In this document: in pieces, positions 11,564-23,600 of the stretch | Layout of the letters: every line of letters starts with the position of its first letter | Numbering within the stretch: position 1 is the first letter of the stretch | Assembly (NCBI GenBank): GCA_030141605.1 | Contig: JAQGDQ010001526.1 | Location: 1 to 36,199, forward strand | Direction: 5' to 3' | DNA: 36,199 bases | Source of the DNA: Tubiluchus corallicola | Lineage: Eukaryota > Animalia > Priapulida | Notes under the pieces: generated by a model | Told to the model about the DNA's origin: nothing | Seen by the model: the letters and a program-made list of their open reading frames with translations, nothing else | Databases searched by the model: none | Translations under genes and position numbers: made by a program

Positions 11564-12273
11564 GGTTTGTTAATTGATACTTGTGAATGAATATTAACTA
11601 TGAAAAGTCAAAGGAAAATGTATATACCCTATGATGCATTTGAAAAACATTGATGGATCGTTGCTTAACAAAAGCGTCTGTAGCTTTTACTCGATAAATG
11701 AATCTGGTTTGGCAGGTTCTTCAAGTTTTAGTTCATGGTTTTTAACACGTTCATTTTTGGAAATTGTAGTAGTAGTTAAAACAAGAAGTGTGTAATACGA
11801 TTTTAATCTATATATCTTGAGATGTACCATCTCTGTTGCCAACGTCGGAACATGTTTTTTACATACTAATCCCACTGCTTTCTCAAGTCGTCAAATCCAA
11901 GCTGTTTTGCAATGTTTGCAAATGGCTACTGTAGATGGCAGTAGCATTGTAGTGAACAGTGGCTCTATACGAGGTGTTTTATTATAATCTCTTCCATTTG
12001 TAAACATGAGTCAAACTCTCTGTTAAAGCAAGTGAACCACAGACGTTACAACTACATCTGGGTTTTTGTAAAATCCGAAGTTTAAATCTGGAAATTCATA
12101 TTTTATGTTAATTAATTAGAACTTGGTCATAGTAAAAATAAATTAGTATTGTGCATATAAAAAAATTTCTGTCCTTTTTTTCTGTTTGAAAATCGAAATT
12201 GAAACCCAAAGACTTAATTACTTATTTTGTTTACAATTTTGTCGTGAAGGACTTATGATTTTAATTTTATCCC

Positions 12274-12766
12274 TAGTAGCGGCTCGTGTATAGGTACTGT
12301 GGAACTGCAGCACTCCCTGGTTTCACTTAATGTTATCGACAATATTCAATATAATAAGTCTCTTTTCTTTAGTTCTTTCTTTATACTTGTATGAATTCAG
12401 AGCACATGAGGGTAGTACTGTTTGCTTCACAGACCAGCACAGTGGTGTTTCAGTCACGCACACGTGTCTGAGCCCAAGTAGAGAAAGTACTGTCCCTCAC
12501 ACAGTTTGTTGTCAGTTATCTCGTACTTTAAAAGTCGTGTACCGACATACTCTTGAACTGCGACAATTTAGGCTATTCGTAAGCAAAATTTTTTTTTTGA
12601 TTAGGATTTTATCAAGTTTATGTGTAAACTTTCACATGCTTGTTTGTTTAAAATACAAATTACAACATAAAATTTACATACGTTTGTTTTGTTTTACCCA
12701 ATACTAAAACGATTACTAAAAATTTTCTGAAGCAGCCCCCCCACTAAGTTTAGCGAGCCGCCATTG
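12274..12766. mobile_element. Old short-TIR MITE (hAT/Harbinger-like), present in both duplicate copies
   Basis: Termini TAGTAGCGGCTCG (TAGTGGCAGCTTG in copy 2) / CGAGCCGCCATTG; no clean TSD. Confidence 0.45.
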
Positions 12767-12868
12767 TTCCCATGGTTGATTCCAACAATGCGTTACAGAA
12801 ACAACAAAATGTATTATACACAGCACTGACATATAACACTCTTATGATGTCACATTTTATGTTAAAAA

Positions 12869-13385
12869 TTATTTATTTATTGAACGAGTTAAAAAACATT
12901 TCATGATACACAAAATTTGCACACAAGTATAAAAATACATCAAACTATAATAAAAGTTTTTCAAGAAAAGGAGAGGATGAAGTTTAAACTTTTATTTTCC
13001 TTCCCTTTTTAGTGGTCATTATTATATCTAAATCTAATTTTTTTGATCTTATTATCTGTGATTATAGAGTATACATTATATTTCACATTACATGTACATC
13101 ACACTAACATGAGCACACACACACATGCGCACACATTAAATGGTATAAAAATACACTACACTATATCACATATATTAAACTAAATAATACATATTAAATT
13201 AACTTTTACTTTTAAAATTATTTTATACCTAAAATCGCAAATTACATCATATAATAACACTACATCTAAAATTACATATTATACTAATAAGTTATTACAG
13301 TATTTTTCAAAATTGTTTACTAATACAGTGTATAGACAATTTTTGGTAGGACAGTATTTATAATAGAAACCAATTTAGTTTACAA
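12869..13385 (-). mobile_element. Possible 3' UTR remnant of a CR1/L2-group LINE
   Basis: Minus strand ends TTCAATAAATAAATAAT, preceded by a GGAAGG...CCTCTCC hairpin-like motif and an AT-rich tract. No intact coding motif. Confidence 0.35.
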
Positions 13386-13455
13386 TATACAGGTCAACAA
13401 AATAACAGACAGTTTTGCATCAATTTTGCACCCAAGTATGTCCTATGGATACATA

Positions 13456-13944
13456 CACTCAGCCTTGGATATAAGGGACACCTCCGGAAAAAATCATCCC
13501 TTATATCACATGTCCCTTATGGCCGAAGTTGAGTCAGACCGAGGGTGTATTTAGACCTGTACTTTTCTGTATTTTTACCCATATTTTCATGGATTATTGT
13601 TACACATTCAGCGCAAACGGTATGTAGGAAGCTCCTTCAGTGATGCAAGATGTATGTGACTGCGACAACTGAGCAAGACGGCGAGTTCGAAGGCGGAGTT
13701 TGCAAAAAATTTGAGGTTAAAAATCGATCAATTTCGCTTTGATCATACGGTCTCCTTATATGCGAGGTAGTTTACCTGGGTTTCTATTACGCGGGACCTG
13801 AAGATGTTGTTCCTTATAAATAAAAGTCCATTATATCCGAGTACCTTATATACGAAGATTTTTACATAAGAAAAATGTTATGAAAAATCTGGACCAGTCT
13901 TGGTGATCCTTTATAAGTGAGTACCTTATACTCGAGGTTGACTG
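13456..13944. mobile_element. Tigger/pogo-type MITE
   Basis: TA|CACTCAGCCTTGGATATAAG ... CTTATACTCGAGGTTGACTG|TA, with repeated CCTTATA subterminal motifs. Confidence 0.65.
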
Positions 13945-14436
13945 TATGGCAAATACTTTTACAAACCTATCAGTTTCATAGAACATAAACACTCTTTAAT
14001 TATGATCATTTCTTTGACAAAGACTGCTGCTTTAGCAAATGCATATTTTTCTAGACAAAATGAATACTCCTATTTTTCCAACTCTAGCTTCATAAATTGA
14101 ACCTAAGCTGCAATGTTGGTTGGTTGTTCATTTGTTCGTCAGTCAGTAGGTAAGTCGGCGAACCAGCCAGTTGGTTAATCAAGCATTCTGCCGTAAGTCA
14201 CTCCATTAGCCAGTTGGTTAGTTTGCTAATTGGTAATCATTTATTTTTCTTTGTATCGTCTTTTGTTTATTTGCTCATAGATTTAAATACATGCAATCCA
14301 TGACTAACTGACTGACCAACAGCTAGTGTGTTTTAATGGCTGATGCCACAAGTATTGAAACAGAACATTAAAGTCACCAGTCTGTCTCTTTTACAACAGA
14401 CGACAATCATGATTACACGGGGGTGGCACCTGTAAC

Positions 14437-14910
14437 ATGTTGACTCATTGTATTGTTTATGTTGACTCATTGTAATGTCTATGTTGACTCATTGTAATGT
14501 CTATGTTGACTCATTGTAATGTCTATGTTGACTCATTGTAATGTCTATGCTGACTCATTGTAATGTCTATGTTGACTCTTTGTAATACCTATGATGACTC
14601 ATTGTAATGTCCATGTTGACTCATTGTAATGTCTTTAATGACTCATTGTAATTCCTATGATGACTCATTGTAATGTCCATGTTGACTCATTGTAATACCT
14701 ATGTTGACTGTTTGTAATGTCTATGTTGAGTCATTGCAATGCCTATGTTGACTCATTGTAATGCCTATGATGAATCATTATAATGCCTATGTTGACTCAT
14801 TGTAATGCCTATGATGACTCATTGTAATGTCTATGTTGAGTCATTGCAATGCCTATGTTGACTCATTGTAATGTCTATGTTGACTCATTGTAATGTCTAT
14901 GTTGACTCAT
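14437..14910 (+). repeat. 22-bp minisatellite (21.5 copies) carrying the TGA(C/G)TCA motif
   Basis: Consensus ATGTTGACTCATTGTAATGTCT; ends 2 bp from the ZNF stop codon. Confidence 0.97.
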
Positions 14911-14912
14911 GT

Positions 14913-15839
14913 TTATGTGGTATGAGTGTTCATGTGCTTGAGAAGATGACCTCGCTGAGCAAATGATTTGTCACACAAGTCACATTTGTGGGGTTTTATT
15001 CCAGTATGAGTGTTCATGTGGATGAGAAGATTACCTCGCTGAGAAAATGATTTGTCACATAAGTCACATTTGTGGGGTTTCAATCCAGTATGAGTGTTCA
15101 TGTGACTGAGAAGATGATCTCGCCGAGAAAATGATTTGTCACATAAGTCACATTTGTGGGGTTTCAATCCAGTGTGAGTGTTCATGTGCTTGAGAAGACT
15201 ACTTCGCTCAGAAAATGATTTGTCACATAAGTCACATTTGTGGGGTTTCATTCCAGTATGAGTGTTCATGTGACTGAGAAGATGACCTCGCTGAGAAAAT
15301 GATTTGTCACATAAATCACATCTGTGGGGTTTCATTCCAGTATGAGTGTTCATGTGACTGAGAAGATGATCTCGCCGAGCAAATGATTTGTCACATAAGT
15401 CACACTTGTGGGGTTTTATTCCAGTATGAGTGTTCATGTGCTTGAGAAGACTACCTCGCCGAAAAAATGATTTGTCACATAAGTCACATTTGTGGGGTTT
15501 CATTCCAGTATGAGTGTTCAGGTGCCTGAGAAGATGACATCGGACAGAAAATGATTTGTCACATAAATCACATTTGTGGGGCTTCATTCCAGTATGAGTG
15601 TTCATGTGAGTGAGAAGATTACCTCGCCGAGAAAATGCTTTGTCACATAAACCACATTTGTGGGGTTTCAATCCAGTATGAGTGTTCATGTGCGTGAGAA
15701 GATTACCTCGCTGAGCAAATGATTTGTCACATAAGTCACATTTGTGGGGTTTCATTCCAGTATGAGTGTTCATGTGCCTGAGAAGATGACCTCGCTGAGC
15801 AAATGATTTGTCACATAAGTCACATTTGTGGGGTTTCAT
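14913..15839 (-). CDS. Tandem C2H2 zinc-finger protein, 11 fingers (308 aa), no effector domain seen
   Basis: 11 x 28-aa units xKPHKCDLCDKSFxxRxxLLxHMNTHTG, with all Cys/His ligands intact. In-frame stops just upstream make this Met the likely start; candidate upstream acceptor TTCTTTTCAATATAG at 16013. Confidence 0.9.
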   Translation of the reverse strand: MKPHKCDLCDKSFAQRGHLLRHMNTHTGMKPHKCDLCDKSFAQRGNLLTHMNTHTGLKPHKCGLCDKAFSRRGNLLTHMNTHTGMKPHKCDLCDKSFSVRCHLLRHLNTHTGMKPHKCDLCDKSFFRRGSLLKHMNTHTGIKPHKCDLCDKSFARRDHLLSHMNTHTGMKPHRCDLCDKSFSQRGHLLSHMNTHTGMKPHKCDLCDKSFSERSSLLKHMNTHTGLKPHKCDLCDKSFSRRDHLLSHMNTHTGLKPHKCDLCDKSFSQRGNLLIHMNTHTGIKPHKCDLCDKSFAQRGHLLKHMNTHTT

Positions 15840-16082
15840 TCTTGTGTAATGCTTTCAGGTTTCTTACAAAGTATGCTTCAATAGCAAAAATATTTCCTGC
15901 ACTGACCACAGCTGCAAGCGATAAGTACGTTTATCCACAACTGCCGACACTCGGTTTCCTAAGATTGTAGATCACAGTTGCAAGACTTCAGTTCACGTGC
16001 AGGAGGCGACAACTATATTGAAAAGAAACCAAAAATAAAATTTACAGTTAATGCAGCACCCATATTGAGTGTGTTATTATTA

Positions 16083-16520
16083 CAGTAAACTCGGCATAAC
16101 TGATGATCAAACAACTCAAATTTTCACCCAACTCAAAGAATATCAGCAGAAGGGATGAAATCCTTCGCTTTTCCCGCAAAAAACATCAAATAACTAAAAT
16201 TCTCGGCTAACTCAAATAAAAAATTATGGTCTATTTAATAAAATAACAGGTAAACGTACTTCTCCTAACTAAAAACCACAATTTATACTTTAGAAAAATG
16301 AAAAAGTTTTGTACAACTCAAAAACAGTATCGTCTTCCGGGAAAATTCTGATGTTTTACAAGTCGTGCTGCCCCCCCCCCAATCATTTTCTCTGGGATAG
16401 ATCTTTCCGTATTGTTCACGTGTACTTTTGCAACATAAAAAATCGTCTTTTCCTACATAATTTGTTATTCTTTATGTAATTGTCATTAAATCTCGTCGTT
16501 TAGTAAGTCCGTTTAAATTT
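16083..16520. mobile_element. Degenerate Tigger-type MITE
   Basis: TA|CAGTAAACTCGGCATAACT ... AGTTATGTGGATTTTACTG-like end a little further right (end coordinate approximate); repeated AACTCAAA subterminal motifs. Only the right end survives in duplicate copy 2. Confidence 0.5.
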
Positions 16521-16926
16521 TAGTTATGTGGATTTTACTGTGTAACTATGCAACAGGTTTCAACTTTAAGAACACAATCTAGAAACTTTGTCTACTGACA
16601 CTAAAGTAAATTGCGCTAATAAGCATCATGGAGGCAGCGACAATTTAACCATTGGGCTAATTAGGCTATGAACTCAAGCCCATATTATAATAGGGCCCCA
16701 AATTCCTAAGACTAATGACCAATCAAACAGAGATTATGCAATTTAGTAAACGGGATAACAAAATTATCTAAACTGAACATGCTAAAGATGAGTTTGTTTC
16801 AACTTCTTTATTTAGCGACTAGTGAAACCATTATTAAACTATAAATCCAAAGAGCCAAAAAGAAGAATGAAAAATACATTAATAATAGAAAGGCGCAAAC
16901 TGAAACTTATTTTAACAAAAGATTAG

Positions 16927-17856
16927 GGCGCTATTACACTTTCGCACCTCCTAGTTTTTTCTGGCCCATTGTTTGTTTCCACGGCTGCAGGGCAGAAAGC
17001 AGACGTAATATACACCGTATTGCCATAATATTATTGGTTTTTAGGCCTTACAATTCCAGATTAAAATCATACATTACTTACCGTAACCAACACGCAAGAA
17101 GCTCCACGTGAATAACTGTGTTTACACCACTAATGCACAATCACTCTCGCGCAGTGACGTATGTGGCCCTTAACCTGTATTTTTACATAATTTATGATTA
17201 TTATGGTTGCAGCCACGGAAGTTTGTATCGTATTACACAGTGTTCCCTCGCTACTTCAAAAATATTATTGTAAAATATTTATCGCGGTATCTCCGCTGTT
17301 TCAATGGCATCAGAATAGTCGTAGTGATGACGATGACGATAAAAATAACGTAGTAATAATGGTGGTGATAATAAGTATATAAACCTAAAATGCCATTATA
17401 GTCCTGTGTCAGTCATTATCTTTTCTTTAAAAGACTTCCCGAATTTTCTGTTTCTTCTTCATTGTATAGTCAGACCCAAGCTGGCACATACGAGGAAATT
17501 ATTTTAGACGACTACAGTTATTTATCAATAATTTTATTTATTACTGTAGTATTATGCGATGCGGTTAAGATAAAAGTGTGTCACGTGCCTTTTAAGCTAA
17601 GCCCTGATAATGCATAAACTAGTACGAAATTCGTCACGTGACTACACACACAAACATGATGGCGATACGAACTGTATAGTGTAGAACTGTGAATACAAAG
17701 TTTTTATTGGTAATTATACACTAAATATGAGTAAATTACCACGAGATTAGCGGAAACATTCACTGATGACGTGAGAATAATAGAATAATGACCAACGAGC
17801 CTAGAAACAAGTAATAACCTAGAAAAAACTAGGAGGTGCGAAAGTGTAATAGCGCC
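16927..17856. mobile_element. MULE/Mutator-like non-autonomous element
   Basis: 36-bp perfect TIR GGCGCTATTACACTTTCGCACCTCCTAGTTTTTTCT; 9-bp TSD AAAGATTAG (16918-16926, 17857-17865); absent from the paralogous site near 23510. Confidence 0.85.
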
Positions 17857-18428
17857 AAAGATTAGAATTTAACTTATCAAAATAAACAAGGTTGTACTGG
17901 AAAAAATCGCAGAGAAATGTACAAGATTTTACCTAACACTTGAGATCCAAAAAAGAACACAACAGGTAAACAATTAATCCAAGTTTACGTAATGAAACAC
18001 CGCAGCAGTAGGCGATATAAGAATAAAACACAACTCGCACGTTTTGGACGATTTACAAAAAGGGAAACTACAATATGGGAAATCAGAGGCATGAGACACA
18101 GAGATTAAGCCCACGAGGACCACTACAAACATCGAGGGACAGTCAAGCAAATTTAAAACACAGAAACAGATAGAGTGCTCTCTCCGCTTCATTCATTACA
18201 TCATTCCATTCTGAAACACTCATTTCAAATTTTCAGATCATTTTCATTACTTTTTTTCTTTCACTGTGTGGGACAATCAAACAAGCCCTGCTTTTCGATT
18301 GCCCGCAACACATTTACATTTGTCTACAGTTGAACAGTGTGTGAGGCTTTTCTTGTGCAGAAACAATAAAAACTTATTTTTATTATGTCATTGTAGGCCT
18401 TTTCACTATATATTTTACATGAAATTAT

Positions 18429-19861
18429 GACCTCTTCTATTCTTAATTTATATTAACGATCTTCCCACATGCAGCAACTTTCGAACCCGAATATTTGCCG
18501 ATGACACTAATTTGTTCATGTCTGACACCAATATAAATAATCTGCAAAAATCTGTTAATGACGAAATGAAAAAAATAGACCTGTGGATGAGGGCAAACCA
18601 GCTATCAATTAACTACAAAAAAACCAAATTTATGATAATCAACAATAAGCAAATTAACAATGCTAATAATCCAAAATTTCATATTATAATAAACAAACAC
18701 AAAATTGAAGAAACAGACAACATCAAATACTTGGGCCTACTCATTGATAATAAATTAACATGGGAACCACATATAAAACACATAACATACAAATTAAGTC
18801 GAATTACTGGAATAATTTTAAAAGTAAGGCACCACGTTGACCAATCTATTCTGAAACTTCTATATAATTCGTTAGTTTTCCCTTATTTACAATATTCCAT
18901 CTTAACATGGGGTACAGCTTTTGCATCAACTCAAAAATTAATACAGACACAACAAAACAAAATAGTAAAATTAATAACTTTTGCTCGCAAATATGATCAT
19001 GCTACACCATCGTTCGTAAAATTAGAAATTTTAAAAGTAAGAGATATTTACAATCTTGAGTTGTTCAAATTTATGTATAAATTCAATGCTGGTTTATTAC
19101 CCGAACTTTTTAGTGAATATTTCACTAATGTTTCTGATATACATTCCTACTCCACAAGAGCTGCTTCTAATGAACAGTATTTTGTAGAGAGATTTTTTAC
19201 CCGACATGGTTTCAATAGCTTAAAATCACGAGAAGTTAAATTATGGAACTCGTTGCCAAAAGATACCTTTGGCGGTAGCTTATTTTCTGCTTCCAAAAAT
19301 ACACAAAATTCTTACTAAATGAATATACCTGTAATACATAACTTGTGAGACTAATAAGCAAGCTATCAAGTGTGTTTTTTTCTTCTCATCTCCTAAGTAA
19401 TTATTGCTCTTTCTTATACTTACTTTTTCTCTTAAATTTTCTATATTACACTTTTTTTTATACTTATTTTATCTCTCCATACAGTCAAAATCCCCTGTCA
19501 ATAAAGCCCCTATTTGAAAATATATATAATAATCATAATTACTTGTATTAATTGTATTGTTTTGTTTAGATTTAGGTGTCATCTAACTTTATTATTTTTT
19601 GTTTTCACTTATACTGTTTTCATTTATACTTTGTTTTCATTTATACTGTTTATTATTATTATTTTTTTCCTATTTGATTTTGTTATCCACAGTCTCACCA
19701 TTTACTTTTAATATACTAATTTAATTATTAGACAGGGCAGGAGACTAGATGACCCTATGGTCCTTCCCTGGCCTGCTCCACTACTATAATTAAGTAATAT
19801 TTAAAAAAAAACTTGTCATGTCAAACAAATGGAGAAAATAAATGTTCTACGTCTATGTCTA
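18429..19861 (+). mobile_element. 5'-truncated CR1/L2-group (Crack/Daphne-like) LINE
   Basis: Begins at PLLFLIYINDLP...IFADDTNLF, then WMRANQLSINYKKT, KYLGLLIDNKLTW, KLWNSLP; apparent frameshift near the C-terminus; AT-rich 3' UTR, AATAAA and (TCTATG)n tail; empty site at ~25029. Confidence 0.92.
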
Positions 19862-20683
19862 TGTAAATGTTTAATGTGAAATAAATGACTTATGAGAGTG
19901 CGATAATGTACCACCAATGGTAGTTGCGTATTAAGAATTAAGCCATGCTTCAAAAAAATGTATAAGACCGCCGCTACCTCGAGATCTTGACCATTACTTG
20001 CACTATAATTATAACGCTCTAATTGAAATGCTAAATGCAAAGTTGAAGCCAATGCAATCACCTCTGCATGCAATATGGTGAGAGCCAAGCTGGCTTTTGC
20101 GATGCTCCACAATTCTAGTACAAACACGATGACCGGCACACACCAATTGAAGAACTTGCCAAGTTGTTCACACTTGCTAGTACACTTTCGGAGGGGAATC
20201 TCTACGTCTGAACATCATCATCATCTTTGGTGCTTTCATTATGTATATGTTGGGCCTGGAGTAGGGCACGAACAGGTTCAGAGCAATTGGTGCGCATGGG
20301 CTAGCCCAAGTAGGACGCGTAGTACATCGGCTAGCACAAATAGGATGCGTCATGCATGGACTGCCTAAGTAGGACACCAGACATTTGTGAATTGTCAAGG
20401 ACTATCCATCACAATTATAAAGTTACTTTTTTTAAAACAAAAGATAGCTAATCTAGTTTATTTAATGAACTTCAAGCTTTGTAAATGTCACTAAAATACA
20501 ACACGAGCAAAAACATCTAAGCCGAGCAAGTTAGAGGGCAGCTCCGTCTGAGAGGACCCATAATTTCATTAGCCTAGGAGCCCTAAAAGGTCATAATCCA
20601 GCCCTGATTACCAGTTGTATCTTTGGTGCCCGGATCAAGTCGGTACTGATGTCGTTTGCAACAGTCATAAAGGGAAGCCGTGG

Positions 20684-23600
20684 AAATACATGTTGACAGT
20701 CGTGTACAAATACGTGTTTACGGTCGTGCACAAATACGTGTTGACAGTCGTGTACAGCTACGTGCTGACAGTCGAGTACAGATACATGTTGACAGTCGTG
20801 TACAGATTTGTTAATTGATACTTGTGAATGGTCATTAACTATGAAAAGTCAAAGGAAAATGTATATACCCTATGATGCGTTTGAAAAACATTGATGGATC
20901 GTTGCTTAACAAAAGCGTCTGTAGCTTTTACTTGATAAATGAGTCTGGTTTGGCTTCAAGTTTTAGTTCATGGTTTTTAACACGTTCATTTTTGGATATT
21001 GTAGTAGTAGTTAAAACAAGAAGTGTGTAATACGCTTTTAATCTGTATAGCTTGAGATGTACCATCTCTGTTGACAACATCGAAACATGTTTTAATATAC
21101 TAATGCCACTGCTTTCTCAAGTCGTCAAATCCAAGCTGTTTTGCAACGTTTGCAAATGGCTACTGTAGATGGCAGCAGCATTGTAGTGAACAGTGAATCT
21201 ATACATGCAGTTTTGTTATAATCTCTTCCATTTGTAAACATAATTTAAACTCTCTGTTAAAGTAAGTGAACCACAGACGTTACAACTGCATCTGGGTTCT
21301 TGTAAAATCCGATGTTTAAATCTGGAAATTCATATTTTATGTTAATTAATTAGAACTTGGTCATAGTAAAAATAAATTGTTATTGTGCATACAAAAAATT
21401 TCGGTTCTTTTTTTCTGTTTGAAAATCGAAATTGAAACCCAAAGACTTAATTACTTATTTTGTTTACAATTTTGTCATGAAGGACTTATGATTTTAATTT
21501 TATCCCTAGTGGCAGCTTGTGTATAGGTACTGTGGAACTGCAGCACCCCCTATTTTCACTGAATATTATGGACAATATTCAATATAATAAGTCTCTTTTC
21601 TTTAGTTGTTTCTTTATACTTGTATGTATTCAGAACATGTGAGGGTAGTACTGTTTGCTTCACAGACCAGCACAGTGGTGTTTCTGTCACGCACACGTGT
21701 CTGAGCCCAAGTAGAGAAAGTACTGTCCCTCACACAGTTTGTTGTCAGTCATCTCGTGCTTGAAAAGTCGTGTACTGACATATTCTTGAACAGTGACAAT
21801 TTAGGCTATTCGTAAGCAAAAATTTTTTTGTTTACGATTTTATCAAGTTGATGTATAAACTTTCTTATGTTTGTTTGTTTAAAATACAAATTACAACATA
21901 AAATCTACATACGTTTGTTTTGTTTTACCCAGTATTAGAACAACTAAAAATTTTCTGAAGCAGCCCCCCCACTAAGTTTAGCAAGCCGGCATTGTTCCCA
22001 TGGTTCATTCCGACAATGCGTTACAGAAACAACAAAATGTATTACACACAGCACTGACATATAACACTTTTATGACATCACATTCTATGTCAGAAATTAT
22101 TTATTTATTGAACGAGTTAAAAAAACATTTTATGTTAAACAAAATTTGAACACATAAGTATAAAAATACATCAAACTGTAATAAAAGTTTTCAAGAAAAG
22201 GAAAGGATGAAATTAAAACTTTTATTTTCCTTCCCTTTTTAGTTGTCATGCTAGCCAAATCTAATTTTTAATACGAATATAATACAGTGTATAGACAATT
22301 TTCGGTTTAGATAAATTAGAACAGGTTATATTATCAAATACAGTTTCGCATAAAGGCAGTTAAGAATAACAAAAATGACAAAGTGAAAAGAAAACAAAAT
22401 GTCTACTTATCAGTTAACCCTTCCCATGAGAGGACAAGGACATGGGAGAGGAGTCCGCGGACGTAGCTCACTCCAGTCAGTCACAGCAACACATCAACGA
22501 CTTCAAGTCTATGGCCATAACAATCAACGGTGATGACGCCGGCTGCAGCACCAATCAAGCATGAACTAAGGAATGGCTCACAAGTCTCTGTGGTTGACTC
22601 AGGATACGTCCACAATCCACAACGTCTGGACACTGGTGGCTAGTCACGCATTTCCATGTAGTTTAGAATAAGACACATCGTAGAGAGTTCCAACATCTCA
22701 TCAGTGTGAATAAAGCTCCATCCACAACATCAAAACTGAAGTAGTTTGGTATCACCACTGATAGTCTCTTTATGTTAGATCAGTCAAATAGGAGATGTGC
22801 ACAAGCTTAGTGCTTCAGACTCTTATAACCAAGTTTAGGATTTTAACCATTTTCGTAAAGTAAAGTTGAAGTTAAAAGTTAAAGCATTTTTGGCTGCTTT
22901 CAGATTCAGCAGTTACACTGTACTCTCCTGGATATCTGTGTCATGCACTTTCCAAGATCATGTTATGCATGGATAGGTTATAGTATATTATGGAAGGAGG
23001 GGTGATGGGTAGGAAGCCCTTCCCACAGACTATACTACAGCAATATCTAGTTTAGCTATGTGTAAGAACCTTACACCTACGTAATTTGTTATTCTTTATG
23101 TAATTGTCATTAAATCTCGTCCTTTAGTCAGTCCGTTCAGGTTTTTTCAGTTCGTTTAAATTTTAGTTATGCGGATTTTACTGTGTAACTATGCAACAGG
23201 TTTTAACTTTAAGAACTCAATCTAGAAACTTTGTCTCTACTGATAATCAAGCAAATTGCACTAATAAGCATCATGCAGGCAGCAACAAATTAACCATTAG
23301 GCTAAATGAGGCTATCGAGTCAAGCCCTAATTTATAATAGGGCCCCAAATTCCTGAGACTGATGACCAATCAAACAGAGATTATGCAATTTAGTAAACGG
23401 GATAGCAAAATGTGAAACCATTATAAAACTATAAATCAAGCCAAAAAGAAGAATAAAAAATACATTAATAATAGAAAAGCGCAAACTGGAACTAGATTTT
23501 AACAAAAACTAGAACTTATCAAAATAAATAAGGTTGCACCGGAAAAGATTGCAGGGAAATGTACAAGATTTTACCTAACACTTAAGAACTAAAAAAGAAC

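Larger units (their letters stand above)
11368..20327 (+). repeat. Segmental duplication, copy 1 (contains the ZNF ORF)
   Basis: Colinear blocks shared with copy 2: 11368-13040 vs 20684-22269, 16453-16926 vs 23078-23512, 17866-18428 vs 23514-25029, 19862-20327 vs 25030-25464 (boundaries approximate). Confidence 0.93.

Noticed and set aside
11175-11577. ORFs with 8-aa repeats (QIRVDSRV etc.)
   Set aside because: They are frames of the 24-bp minisatellite with no splice or domain support.
12407-12427. let-7-like sequence TGAGGGTAGTA
   Set aside because: An extra G breaks the let-7 seed (GAGGUAG) and the 3' half does not match.
4755-14910. Regularly spaced short repeats as possible CRISPR arrays
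   Set aside because: The units are head-to-tail with no unique spacers, there are no cas genes, and the context is eukaryotic.
14437-15839. The ZNF binding its own adjacent 22-bp array
   Set aside because: The helix residues (QxxHxxR, RxDH, QxxN) point to GGA/NGG/NAA-rich sites, which the AT-rich unit lacks. The code is approximate, so this is unsupported rather than excluded.
14913-15839. Calling the ZNF PRDM9
   Set aside because: No PR/SET, KRAB or SSXRD sequence was found and in-frame stops lie just upstream; only the evolutionary pattern is similar.
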